A stretch of 63,315 nt of DNA, the filler included, from Octopus bimaculoides (taxonomy: Eukaryota), in the NCBI RefSeq assembly GCF_001194135.2. It is 9 parts of 9 records of this genome, joined end to end, with 100 filler letters (N's around TTAATTAATTAA, not from the genome) between each part and the next. Parts side by side here need not be neighbours in the genome. Positions count along the whole stretch, not along the records: positions 12,308 to 37,689 come from NC_068982.1; positions 37,790 to 41,309 come from NW_026392634.1; positions 41,410 to 52,596 come from NC_069003.1; 6 more parts are not named here. One strand, 5' to 3'. A program made the position numbers and the translations under genes. The notes beneath the pieces are model-generated. The model had not been told where the DNA came from. It searched no databases and was given only the letters and a program-made list of their open reading frames with translations. Shown here piece after piece: positions 37,257 to 50,481 of this stretch (position 1 is its first letter; each line of letters opens with the position of its first letter).

Positions 37257-37924
37257 CATACACTTATCTAAATATATACAATATATAAATCTGCTCTAAC
37301 AAAAGGCGTAAGTCTAAATTTTTACACACTGCTGGCTTGAGAGATCTTTGTAAGTTGGGTGTCAAAAAAAATTAAAAATAGTAAAATGAGAGTACTATTC
37401 AAAGAATACAAAGGGTAAAGAAAAGACTTGCCTAACTAGATAGATAGGTAAACAAGAATGCAAGACATTCATTTGAAATGTAAAATAGGACAGAATATCG
37501 ATGGTTTAAAACAAAATGCAATAACTAAAATGTGGTATGTACCACTATCACAGAAAGACAAAATGGACTAAGCTGAACAAAACGAAACGTATGGGATATA
37601 CTATCTTCATTTCTTTCAAGCCTATGCATGTCAGCCTGGAAAATGGACGTTAAATGATGATGATATATATATATATATATATATATATANNNNNNNNNNN
37701 NNNNNNNNNNNNNNNNNNNNNNNNNNNNNNNNNTTAATTAATTAANNNNNNNNNNNNNNNNNNNNNNNNNNNNNNNNNNNNNNNNNNNNCACACACACAC
37801 ACACATACGTTTATAGATGTAACATTTGCTTGTGTGTGTATTGTAATAACAACATCAATAAAACTGCTCGCTTGTACTTTGGTCTTCTGTCTGTTGTTGG
37901 TATTTTACAGTGGCGACCTCTCAC

Positions 37925-37988
37925 CTATCATTCTGGCACTAATCAAATTTGGGTGGAAAAATATATTCAATAGTCAGCCATCATCAGC
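37925..37988 (-). other. Candidate 5' UTR/start exon of the minus-strand gene (ends ATG ATA G)
   Basis: ttgttttaccag|G ... TAG|GTGAGA; phase 1 would join a 23-nt micro-exon at 36403-36425 (ASVDSSVQ, donor CAG|GTAAAT). Speculative. Confidence 0.25.
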
Positions 37989-38129
37989 CTGGTAAAACAA
38001 TTAAAACCCAGAAGATATACATCTATGTATGTACGTATGTATGTATGTATGTATGTAGGTAGGTAGGTAGGTGGGTATGTATGTGGGTGCGTGTTTACAT
38101 GCTCACACATATGTGTGTGTATATGTATG

Positions 38130-38166
<37 letters not shown>

Positions 38167-41067
38167 GGACGGACGTATGTATGTACATATGTATGTGTGG
38201 ATGCGTGTATTCACATATTCAGACACATATGTGTATCTATTTATATATGTTTGTATATATATATNNNNNNNNNNNNNNNNNNNNNNNNNNNNNNNNNNNN
38301 NNNNNNNNNNNNNNNNNNNNNNNNNNNNNNNNNNNNNNNNNNNNNNNNNNNNNNNNNNNNNNNNNNNNNNNNNNNNNNNNNNNNNNNNNNNNNNNNNNNN
38401 NNNNNNNNNNNNNNNNNNNNNNNNNNNNNNNNNNNNNNNNNNNNNNNNNNNNNNNNNNNNNNNNNNNNNNNNNNNNNNNNNNNNNNNNNNNNNNNNNNNN
38501 NNNNNNNNNNNNNNNNNNNNNNNNNNNNNNNNNNNNNNNNNNNNNNNNNNNNNNNNNNNNNNNNNNNNNNNNNNNNNNNNNNNNNNNNNNNNNNNNNNNN
38601 NNNNNNNNNNNNNNNNNNNNNNNNNNNNNNNNNNNNNNNNNNNNNNNNNNNNNNNNNNNNNNNNNNNNNNNNNNNNNNNNNNNNNNNNNNNNNNNNNNNN
38701 NNNNNNNNNNNNNNNNNNNNNNNNNNNNNNNNNNNNNNNNNNNNNNAGAATGGGAAATAGAGAGAGTCGTGTGGAGAGTAAAATCTATAAATGCTTCTAA
38801 TAGGAAGGGACATTTTAGCTACACACACACACACATACAGATACACACACACACCGAGAAAGACATATATTTCGATGTGATTTGATTTATATTTCCACGT
38901 CTCCCTTCGTCTTAGTTGCACTATATTTTATTATTAGCTGTACTTATGCATTAACACGCAACATCTTATATTTTACTGAGCCCTCTCTTTCTCTTGTCGC
39001 TTCACATAAATAACATTTCCACTGTGTACCTATGAAATATTCATCCAAACAATCATTACAACTCATTTCCGTTAGCTAATTTTAAATTCTATTTTCATGC
39101 CGGTTTCAGCGACTCCTGATAGTTATCCACGTAGCTATTTATATGTATTTGTGCTCTTTATAAGTCAGCTTTTTTCTATACATCACTACTAGTCTCCGGA
39201 TGACTAAAATATCACACGTGAAAAAACAAGCAATCTTAAGTAACAATCTTAAGTAACAATCTTAAGTAACAGCAATGGATAAGATCGGTACGTATGTAGG
39301 AATACAACAAGTTATACTTTCATACAAGTGAGTCTGTATAAAATTGGGTCGGGTTTTTATACGTGTCACTAACCTATATACTAAGATTTATAAACAGAGC
39401 TAATGATGAACAACCTTGATCGATTTTTGAATCGTATTGGATTCTCTTCAGACGCGTCTACATCAATTTGACCAATTCCAGAGAAACAAGCGGCCTGTAT
39501 TCAACAATTATAGTAGCTACCGAAAACTGGAGGCTATTAATGCGCATACAATAAGTGTTAATCTTTTACTTTTTCACTCTTTTACTTGTTTCAGCCATTT
39601 GACTGCGGCCATGCTGGAGCACCGCCTTTTAGTCGAACAAATCGATCCCAGGGCTTATTCTTTGTAAGCATAGAACTTATTCTATCGGTTTTTGCCGAAC
39701 CGCTAAGCTACGAGGACGTAAATACACCAGCATCGGTTGTCAAGGGGGGAACAAACACAGACACACAAATACATACATACACACACANNNNNNNNNNNNN
39801 NNNNNNNNNNNNNNNNNNNNNNNNNNNNNNNNNNNNNNNNNNNNNNNNNNNNNNNNNNNNNNNNNNNNNNNNNNNNNNNNNNNNNNNNNNNNNNNNNNNN
39901 NNNNNNNNNNNNNNNNNNNNNNNNNNNNNNNNNNNNNNNNNNNNNNNNNNNNNNNNNNNNNNNNNNNNNNNNNNNNNNNNNNNNNNNNNNNNNNNNNNNN
40001 NNNNNNNNNNNNNNNNNNNNNNNNNNNNNNNNNNNNNNNNNNNNNNNNNNNNNNNNNNNNNNNNNNNNNNNNNNNNNNNNNNNNNNNNNNNNNNNNNNNN
40101 NNNNNNNNNNNNNNNNNNNNNNNNNNNNNNNNNNNNNNNNNNNNNNNNNNNNNNNNNNNNNNNNNNNNNNNNNNNNNNNNNNNNNNNNNNNNNNNNNNNN
40201 NNNNNNNNNNNNNNNNNNNNNNNNNNNNNNNNNNNNNNNNNNNNNNNNNNNNNNNNNNNNNNNNNNNNNNNNNNNNNNNNNNNNNNNNNNNNNNNNNNNN
40301 NNNNNNNNNNNNNNNNNNNNNNNNNNNNNNNNNNNNNNNNNNNNNNNNNNNNNNNNNNNNNNNNNNNNNNNNNNNNNNNNNNNNNNNNNNNNNNNNNNNN
40401 NNNNNNNNNNNNNNNNNNNNNNNNNNNNNNNNNNNNNNNNNNNNNNNNNNNNNNNNNNNNNNNNNNNNNNNNNNNNNNNNNNNNNNNNNNNNNNNNNNNN
40501 NNNNNNNNNNNNNNNNNNNNNNNNNNNNNNNNNNNNNNNNNNNNNNNNNNNNNNNNNNNNNNNNNNNNNNNNNNNNNNNNNNNNNNNNNNNNNNNNNNNN
40601 NNNNNNNNNNNNNNNNNNNNNNNNNNNNNNNNNNNNNNNGTGTGTGTGTGTGTGTGTGTGTGTGAGTGTGTGTAGGTACGTACGTATGGCATTATTCAGT
40701 TTATTTCAAGATTTCTTGCCAATAGAGAAAGAGCCGGGTTCTAACCGAGATCCAAAGCTCCTACATTGGAATTTCAACATCAACAGGATATTTTCGTTTG
40801 TTTGTATGTATGTATGTATGTATGTATGTATGTATGTATATGCGCAGATTTCTATGTTGTTTTATGTATGTATCCGCATGCATATAGTTACATATCTAGA
40901 CATGCTCATATATATTTAAACGACAAACTTCTGGAAAGCGGCGGCGGCGGCGGCGGAGGAGGAGGAGGTAGTGGTGGTCGGTTGTAGAGTTATATGCTAT
41001 TTGAGATAGTGGAAACAAAGGTTTGTTTGTACTCCGCACCGCGTTCGCCATATTTGCTGGCCAGCCC

Positions 41068-41161
<94 letters not shown>

Positions 41162-41447
41162 CATTTCTCCATCCTCCCTAAAACGACACCCGACCTCCAT
41201 TACACCGCCCCCATATACCTCAAGCCCCCCCCCAATTCCATCCACGCTTCCGTTCTCACCACGACCCCCTCAACACATCAGCACCACCTTCTAGTGAATT
41301 TTTTTATTGNNNNNNNNNNNNNNNNNNNNNNNNNNNNNNNNNNNNNNNNNNNNTTAATTAATTAANNNNNNNNNNNNNNNNNNNNNNNNNNNNNNNNNNN
41401 NNNNNNNNNTGTATGTATGTATGTATGTATGTATGTATGTATGTATG

Positions 41448-41483
<36 letters not shown>

Positions 41484-41485
<2 letters not shown>

Positions 41486-42078
41486 AACTAGACCACCCGT
41501 GACCCGTTGGGCCACTGACGATTCAGGTTATGAAACATTGAAACTGATTTCAACATTGCATTGAAATGAAAGTTAATTTTATGATGATTCAGTTAAATAT
41601 TTCAGTTCATTCGTGTCATCATAGATCTGTTTTACAAGTTCATGTTTAAGGTTTTATTGATTATTTACAACTTCTGGAATAAACTTGAACTCCAGTAACA
41701 GCATTTATTTATGGCATACGCGCACATTTCTACAAAAATGCATAAGGAACTGTTATATAACATAAACATAAAATTAATGGAAGCAATTTTCACAGTATTA
41801 TATATTACCATTTCAGGGTTATGTTACTTTCAGAGAATTTTCCCATTATGCGCCGTTTTGGCTATTTATGAAGGTACCTCAAAAACCGCATATCTTGGGA
41901 ATTCGTGGTCCGATACGCGAAACTTGTTTTATTCCGTTTGTATTCACATTTCAGGGGTCCCTTACTTTCAGAGTATTTTCCCATTATGTACTGGTTTGGC
42001 TGTATTAAATTAAAGACAAGCACACAATTAGTGTCGTTCCACGATTACATACGCATAATAACTGTTATACACACTGGA

Positions 42079-42085
<7 letters not shown>
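41484..42085 (+). mobile_element. Possible non-autonomous Helitron/Helentron-like element with internal ~60-bp direct repeat
   Basis: Starts AACTAGACCACCCGTGACCCG after a microsatellite, ends in (TA)n; CATTTCAGGG..TTACTTTCAGAG.ATTTTCCCATTATG at about 41806 and 41947. Confidence 0.3.
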
Positions 42086-42119
<34 letters not shown>

Positions 42120-42864
42120 NNNNNNNNNNNNNNNNNNNNNNNNNNNNNNNNNNNNNNNNNNNNNNNNNNNNNNNNNNNNNNNNNNNNNNNNNNNNNNNNN
42201 NNNNNNNNNNNNNNNNNNNNNNNNNNNNNNNNNNNNNNNNNACACACACACACACACACACATATAATAGAAATATGTTACAAAAACAAAATAGAAACTA
42301 CACGTGGAGATGTAAGGGGAAAGTAAGAAGAAAAATAAACGAAAATGCACATTGGAAATCACAAAAAGTAAAGGCTTTTTATGAAAAGTAACGATAGATA
42401 TATACAATTAGATGAACTGAGGTAGGAATAAAAGTAATAAAAGTCATTATTGTGAGTTGTTAAAGAGATTCAAAAGCATACCGGTTTCGTAATATTACTA
42501 ATCATTGCATTGAATGCACACTGAATACTGAACGGTGTCAGGTCTACTAGTCTCTGAGTAAAAAGATTATGTGTAAGGGAGGTAAGTAGTTCTGGATTTG
42601 GTGCAATTAGGGTAGATCTAGATCTGTAATGTGAATGGTGTATGGGATGTATGGGGGTTAGTAGTATTAAATGAAAGGTTAGCAGTATTCTATATTATGT
42701 TATGTGTTCATATTTAGTTGTGGAAGATATTTATCGATGAAAGTTGTCTCTTTATTCATTCTTTGTTGTGTTGAGGTCTTCTGTGAACATTGTTAGAAGG
42801 GAAAAATTAGGAAATTAGGATTAAGATTGCTCGCACACCTTTCTATGTCTCTCTCTCTCCCCCC

Positions 42865-42904
<40 letters not shown>

Positions 42905-43749
42905 GGTTTACTTGTGTGAGTGTGTGTGTGCGTGCACGCACACACATACACACACACATACGCACACACATATATATATAGAGAGAGAAAGAGAGATAGA
43001 TAGAAGTTGGAACTATGTTGGGCTCAGAAAAGTGAGACAAAAGAAAAAGTTAAAATGAATCGATTTGATTAGTGCCTATAGCCACCCATCACAGAAAGTG
43101 TTAGATTATCTCCCCTTTTCTTTATACCACACTTACGTCACCACACACGTTTTATGTCACAGACAGTAATAAAAAAAACCTTAAAAAAAGAGCTAAAGAG
43201 TTACAGTAACATATTTTTAGAAAGCTTGATCCATGCTCTTACAAAAATGAAAATAAAAAAGAAAACTGTGCGCATGAGACTAATCGATATTTGATTAAAG
43301 TGATTGAGCAGTACCGTAAAGAAACTCTCAAATGCTTTACTCATCACTTTACTTTATTGATGAAGACATAAAATTAATATATTCCACTTGGAGCGGCTCA
43401 AAGAGAGTTAGCTGTGTTTGATCTTGAACATAATAAGGTCATTGTTTTTTGATTTACCTTTTTTTTTTTAAAGCAAATTTTTAGATATTTATCTTTTTCT
43501 TTTTCTAGAAAATGTTTCAACGAGTTTATGTTCGCCATTTATTTGTTTAGAGAAAGAGAGAGGGAGAGGGCAGATAGAAATAGAGAGGGAGAGAGATAGA
43601 CGGAAAGAGGGAGAGAAACAAAGAGAAAGAGCAAAGGATGCTTATCTTATGTTGTGCATAAAAAAATAGAAAAACATGTCACAAAGTATCCATCCCTTTA
43701 TAGCTTCATGCTGTGAAACCATTAAACACTCGCCTATATATATATATGC

Positions 43750-43807
<58 letters not shown>

Positions 43808-44227
43808 NNNNNNNNNNNNNNNNNNNNNNNNNNNNNNNNNNNNNNNNNNNNNNNNNNNNNNNNNNNNNNNNNNNNNNNNNNNNNNNNNNNNNNNNNNNNN
43901 NNNNNNNNNNNNNNNNNNNNNNNNNNNNNNNNNNNNNNNNNNNNNNNNNNNNNNNNNNNNNNNNNNNNNNNNNNNNNNNNNNNNNNNNNNNNNNNNNNNN
44001 NNNNNNNNNNNNNNNNNNNNNNNNNNNNNNNNNNNNNNNNNNNNNNNNNNNNNNNNNNNNNNNNNNNNNNNNNNNNNNNNNNNNNNNNNNNNNNNNNNNN
44101 NNNNNNNNNNNNNNNNNNNNNNNNNNNNNNNNNNNNNNNNNNNNNNNNNNNNNNNNNNNNNNNNNNNNNNNNNNNNNNNNNNNNNNNNNNNNNNNNNNNN
44201 NNTATATATATAAAATTATCTAACACG

Positions 44228-44788
44228 CATACACAGTGTATGTGCTTTGCTTGTTCGCCGGTCGGCTGCGAATTGACGCGTTAGAGATGACTCTTTCGGA
44301 GCGTCGGTTGTTAAAGTACCTGAAAGTCACAGTTGTAGAGACAGCTCACCGCGAGACAGCTCACCGCGAGACAGCTCACCGCGAGACAGCTCACCGAGGG
44401 TCCCATTCAGGAGAAATGGACATCGATGTTTCACTATTTTTATGGCTTATCAACACTACTTACCTCAACTGAACCGGAGGCAAATTGAACCGCCTGTCCA
44501 TGACTGTATGTAAAATGATGTCAAAAACATCTCGTATGCCTGAAAGGTGCATACGTAAGAATAAGTTCAAATATGAATTAGAAGCAGTGCGATTGTTGTA
44601 AACATTATCGAGCAGACAAGCATGATGTAAGTGCTATGCTTGTTCGCCGACCGGCAGTGATCTGACTATAAGTTTCAGGTGTCTTATCACCTGGCGCTCT
44701 CAGGGAGTCATCTCCAACGCATCAAATCGCAGTCGACCGGCTAACAAGCAGAGCGCATACATTATGTATGTTCTATAATGTTTACAAC
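44228..44788. mobile_element. MITE-like element: three copies of a ~65-70-bp motif (two direct, one inverted) plus a 4x15-bp internal array
   Basis: TGCTTGTTCGCCG motif in 44228-44292 and 44595-44665, inverted in 44705-44788; GAGACAGCTCACCGC x4 at 44338-44396. Confidence 0.6.
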
Positions 44789-45299
44789 ATTCATATATAT
44801 ATATATATATATATATATCATACAGAATGGGACAAGAATGCAAAACATTAAGACAGTTAGGTGATACAAGAAAGGGACAAAACATTCAGATAGACGATAC
44901 AAAGAAAACACGAACAGGTCATTCGGAGTTTTCTCTCTTCAGTCGAGATCCAGATTATCTTTGCAATTTCGGCTGGTTATTCTCGATATTGCTCCAATCT
45001 GGCCAGCCCCAAGGAAAAACTAAGCTAAGAACATTAGATTCCTTGGAAGAAAGCAGCGAATGTATAGAAAAACAAGGACGGGAAAAAACGAACAATGTTA
45101 CACAAATACAGTAATACAAATACAGTAAGAATAATAACAGGACAAAACAACAGATGTCTTTCGACTAAGGACGAATAAAATTAATCTGGCGTATATGGAA
45201 ATAAGGCCTTACAGCCGGGATACAAGATTTCACAGGCACAAGGAGGAATATATATATATATAAAGAGAGAAAACGATAAAGAGAACAATGCCAGAGTTA

Positions 45300-46515
45300 G
45301 AAATATATTTTATGGATAAAGTCTTACAGCTGTTTCAGGAAAAATCCAATGTATCCCTTCATCGGAGACGGTAATAGTAGAGAAATGGATTATTACATCT
45401 ATAAGAGGAGATTTGTAGTAGGAAGTGAGAGTGATGCGCTGAAAAAAGAACAAAGAAGAAACAGTATTTGGAGTGTGCCCAGTGCAAGCTATGGACACAT
45501 AAGAGGTGCAGCAATATCAAAGGAAGGTTAACTAGGAAGTTAGTTTTTGTATGTAGCAGATGTTCAGGAGCAATAAACACTGAAAATGTGCAGAAAACAA
45601 CTCTGGCCACATTCCAGGGAGAAAAAAACTAGACTTAGTTGATAGCTTCCGCTATCTAGGTGATCAACTTAGTAGTGGGGGAGGATGCGCTGAAAGTGTA
45701 GCTGCTAGAATAAAAATAGCCTGGGTAAAGTTCAGAGAGCTCTTACCTCTGCTGGTGACAAGAGGCCTCTCACTTAGTAAAAGGCAGACTGTATGACGCA
45801 TGTGTACGAACAGCCATGCTTCGTGTCAGTGAAACATGGGCCGTGACTGCTGAGGACATGCGTAGGCTCGCAAGGAATGAAGCCAGTATGCTCCGATGGA
45901 TGTGTAATGTCAGTGTGCATACTAGACGGAGTGTAAGTACCTTGACAGAAAAATTGAACCTAAGAAGCATCAGTTGTGGTGTGCAAGAGAGACGATTGCG
46001 CTGGTATGGTCATGTGGCGAGAATGGATGAGGATAGCTGTGTGAAAAAGTGCCACACCCTAACAGTTGAGGGAACCTGTGGAAGAGGTAGGCCCAGGAAG
46101 ACCTGGGATGAGGTGGTGAGGCACGACCTTCGAACATTGGGCTTCACCGAGGCGATGACTTCTGACCGAGACCTTTGGAAATATGCTGTGCGTGAGAAGA
46201 CCCGGCAACCCATGTGAGACCTAAATCCAAGGCGTCTGCCAGGGGTGTAGCCAGCCCACTTATGCGTNNNNNNNNNNNNNNNNNNNNNNNNNNNNNNNNN
46301 NNNNNNNNNNNNNNNNNNNNNNNNNNNNNNNNNNNNNNNNNNACTACACTCTCGGAGTGGTTGGCGTTAGGAATGGAATCCAGCTGTAGAAACTCTGCCA
46401 GATCAGATTGGAGCCTGGTGCAGCCATCTCGTTCACCAGTCCTCAGTCAAATCGTCCAACCCATGCTAGCATGGAAAGCGGACGTTAAACGACGACGATG
46501 ATGATGATGATGATA
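45300..46515 (+). mobile_element. RTE LINE 3' part (post-RT C-terminus, 3' UTR, GAT tail)
   Basis: SETWAVTAEDMRRLARNEASMLRWMCNV...RRLRWYGHVARM...GRGRPRKTWDEVV...DRDLWKYAV*; UTR ends CCATGCTAGCATGGAAAGCGGACGTTAAACGACGACGATGATG. Confidence 0.92.
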
Positions 46516-47958
46516 TAAAAATATAACGGTATGTTTACACATGTATATATTCATATATATATATATGCATTTACATATCCATGTATAAACATACGTACAC
46601 GTAGATTTTCAAGTGTTCCTTGTTGTTTTGAGACCTCGGCTAAATCGCTTCGCGCAGAAGAAATATTTTTATAATTTTAATTGGGGGAATATTAATCGCT
46701 ATTGTTGTCTGGTATCTCTTGTAATCAGGATATAATTATGTGACGAAACTTAAAGAAACGTAAATCTATCCCAACTATCATTAATATCACCTTTGAACAT
46801 CAAAACTTCAGAGCAGCTTTATTTATTCACTACTAATGCGCCCCGAATTACTTATAACTAACTATAATAATATATGTTAAATTTTATATTTATATTTGTA
46901 TTGAATTTTTGTGAATCTCTGAAGAAACCTAGCGAATCATGCATGTACCCCCATTACATCATTTTCATCTGCTAATTACTCCGGCGCGCAGGAGCTCTAG
47001 GGATAGAATGGGGCATGACAACGCTAGGCCGAAACAGCTGTAAGTTTCTGTATATTCTCCAATTGCTAAATGTACTTTATATTTGTAACCTTAATTGTTA
47101 ATATGACATGGTATGTCATAAGCACCTGTATATTGTGGTTTTTGTCATTTTAGTTACATAATAAACAGATTAATTCAATGAAATACATTGTCTGCAAGTC
47201 GATGGATACCGCATATTCTCCTCCATTTTCTTATTGCTATATAAATTTAGGGTAAAATAACCCCCTTTTACCCGCATCCACTTATTACACTTGGTATAAC
47301 ACTAGTGTAACAATAATTGGGTACCCTCCCAGCAGTATATTGGATAGATACCATCCCTTAGTGGGTTGAATCCTTAACCCCTNNNNNNNNNNNNNNNNNN
47401 NNNNNNNNNNNNNNNNNNNNNNNNNNNNNNNNNNNNNNNNNNNNNNNNNNNNNNNNNNNNNNNNNNNNNNNNNNNNNNNNNNNNNNNNNNNNNNNNNNNN
47501 NNNNNNNNNNNNNNNNNNNNNNNNNNNNNNNNNNNNNNNNNNNNNNNNNNNNNNNNNNNNNNNNNNNNNNNNNNNNNNNNNNNNNNNNNNNNNNNNNNNN
47601 NNNNNNNNNNNNNNNNNNNNNNNNNNNNNNNNNNNNNNNNNNNNNNNNNNNNNNNNNNNNNNNNNNNNNNNNNNNNNNNNNNNNNNNNNNNNNNNNNNNN
47701 NNNNNNNNNNNNNNNNNNNNNNNNNNNNNNNNNNNNNNNNNNNNNNNNNNNNNNNNNNNNNNNNNNNNNNNNNNNNNNNNNNNNNNNNNNNNNNNNNNNN
47801 NNNNNNNNNNNNNNNNNNNNNNNNNNNNNNNNNNNNNNNNNNNNNNNNNNNNNNNNNNNNNNNNNNNNNNNNNNNNNNNNNNNNNNNNNNNNNNNNNNNN
47901 NNNNNNNNNNNNNNNNNNNNNNNNNATATGAATATCTATATGTATATATCTATATCTA

Positions 47959-47998
<40 letters not shown>

Positions 47999-48412
47999 CA
48001 TGCATACGTACATACATGCATATACACACACACACACACACATATATATAATTGCTATTTTTCGTAAGATATTTAAGAAGATATGTCTGTCTGATGAAAC
48101 CTCATTATATTTAAAACGTTAGTTTATTATTCTTAAAGAACCTGTGATTTCTAATGGTGTAGAAACAGCTGTAATTTACTAGATGTGTCATTTGTTTGTA
48201 TAAAATAATAAAATTGAATTGAATTTATCATTTAATTGTTCAATTTATTATTTTGGTTTCCATTTCGAATCCATGTACATATTTAGATATATATGTAATG
48301 TAAATGCTCAAACATAACTTTGGTTACAACAAAGGAGTAAAGAACGATGATTGATGCATCGATGAAACTAATGGTCAAACTGATTTCTTTTAATATTTAT
48401 CTAACACTTCAG

Positions 48413-48652
48413 GAAACTATATCAACGAATACGACAAGAAACCGGGCAAATCCATGGTCCTCAAGGGAGACAAACCAGTAGACGCTGTAAGCGAGATGGA
48501 TTGTGCCAAGCAGTGCACATTAAACAAAGACTTCTCCTGTCAAAGCTTTGAATATTGTCCTGATCTACAAGAATGTACTTTGAGTAAAGTCCATACCATG
48601 AATATTCCTGACGACCAAATATCTTTTACACCTGATTGTGATATCTATTCAC
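48413..48652 (+). CDS. PAN/apple-domain exon: xNYINEYDKKPGKSMVLKGDKPVDAVSEMDCAKQCTLNKDFSCQSFEYCPDLQECTLSKVHTMNIPDDQISFTPDCDIYS
   Basis: acacttcag|GA ... CAC|GTAAGT; 240 nt, phase 1-1; six Cys in the C-x3-C...C-x-S-F-x-Y-C-x5-C-x-L...C-D-x-Y pattern. Confidence 0.92.
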
Positions 48653-49144
48653 GTAAGTAAATTCCTGGATATTATATATGTATGTTTGTGTGTGTATTTA
48701 CATATTCATCATACATACATACATACATACATACATACATACATACATACATACATACATACATACATACATGCATACATACATACATACATACATCCAA
48801 GTGGTCACTCCGTCGGTCTTCGAAAAATACCAAGATCGCTCATCGATGAATATATTCGAGAGAAGTTACATAATATGGTTTAAGAATGATCAAACTAACA
48901 AACGACTGCCATAACTCGTGTGAAAGTAGAAAACTTCATACTCATCAAATACATTATGGATTTATGTTGAATACAATAACGAAAACAAAAAAAAAAACAC
49001 CAAAAACAATAACAATAAAGCGAAAAAATAAAACATATACAGCAATGTTCGATTTAGAAGCATATGTATATCCATTTGATGTGTATGAATCATTCATTAT
49101 CTTCACATGAAACTCCGAGTTATATCAATCGATTGTTAGTTTTG

Positions 49145-49207
<63 letters not shown>

Positions 49208-49608
49208 GTCTGTCTGTTATATAGACCTAAACTCTGGTGAATGAGTGGCTACGTGTTTTTTATTCCGTGACGCTGGTATTTCAAAATAAGAGATAATAAT
49301 GTTAGTTTGACTAGTATGATATTTCTAAGTGAAAATTCCTCTGATGATATCCGCACAACCTATTTCATGCAGTCCGTAGCGCAATCGGCCAGCAAACGAT
49401 AGGTACATGATTCAATTTGAATTAGTTTTGTTCATTTCCTACAGCGTAGATGTTATATATAACTTGTTGACCGACAGCATTAAATTTATCTAACACGTTG
49501 TTTGCGCATAGAACGTTAATAAATTAATTACACTGCCGACAATTTCACGGTATGCAAATCAGTATCGCCATTTCAATTACTTTTAATTTTTGTTTGATTT
49601 GAATGTGC

Positions 49609-49641
<33 letters not shown>

Positions 49642-49840
49642 AAACGTAGATAAATGTCATTGATATTCCTACGCTTTAATAATATAAACGTGTTTCAATA
49701 ACTGGCGGCTCTTTTCCTCGGGATGTCATCGAAAAAGTTTTTGCAAGCAATCGTAATAATTCAATATAAAATTATTTAGGCTTGGCTATTGTGTATTTAT
49801 TGGGGGAATGATTCGCAAAAATAATATTTGTCTGTTGCAG

Positions 49841-50080
49841 GAAGCTTTATATCAGAATTCCACGTCACAAGAAACACGACAGTGAAAATGGTTAACAACG
49901 AAATTTTTGGTGGAGTACAGTTAGCCGAATGTGCGAAGGCCTGCATGGAAATGGAACACTGGAGTTGTAATGACTTCGACTATTGCGCAAGCACTGAAGA
50001 ATGTCGTCTGGTTTACAAAGATGTTCAAAATAGTGGGCAAGTGTCTTTCGAGAAATCGACTGTTTGTGACCATTACAATC
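49841..50080 (+). CDS. Second PAN/apple-domain exon: RSFISEFHVTRNTTVKMVNNEIFGGVQLAECAKACMEMEHWSCNDFDYCASTEECRLVYKDVQNSGQVSFEKSTVCDHYN
   Basis: ttgtctgttgcag|GA ... ATC|GTAAGT; 240 nt, phase 1-1; same six-Cys spacing; NTT sequon. Confidence 0.92.
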
Positions 50081-50250
50081 GTAAGTTGAACTCATCGGGC
50101 GTTGATTTCTTTCTCTCTTTATTTTTTATTTTGTCTTTTATTAAACAGTAAGGGCGTTTGGTTGTGTGATTTTTCACATACCCACATATACATATATACA
50201 AACCGGTGCACACGTTCACAAATACTCGCATAATTAAATGCTATTCATAA

Positions 50251-50424
50251 TAAGGTAGCGAAAGCTGGAAGAAGAGTCTTTGAAAAGAGAAAAGATAAGT
50301 GAGAAGACAGATAGGAATGCGTCTGGACTGCACAACAAACTGAAGGAAAAGGAAGATGACCACGTGAGGAAAGGAAAGATGGACGATGGTCACGTGTGAG
50401 CAACGAGAGAAAGTAAAGGAAAAA

Positions 50425-50481
<57 letters not shown>

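Noticed and set aside
44338-44396. Short tandem array resembling a CRISPR-like or peptide (ETAHR) repeat
   Set aside because: Contiguous 15-bp units without spacers, in eukaryotic DNA, inside a MITE-like element.
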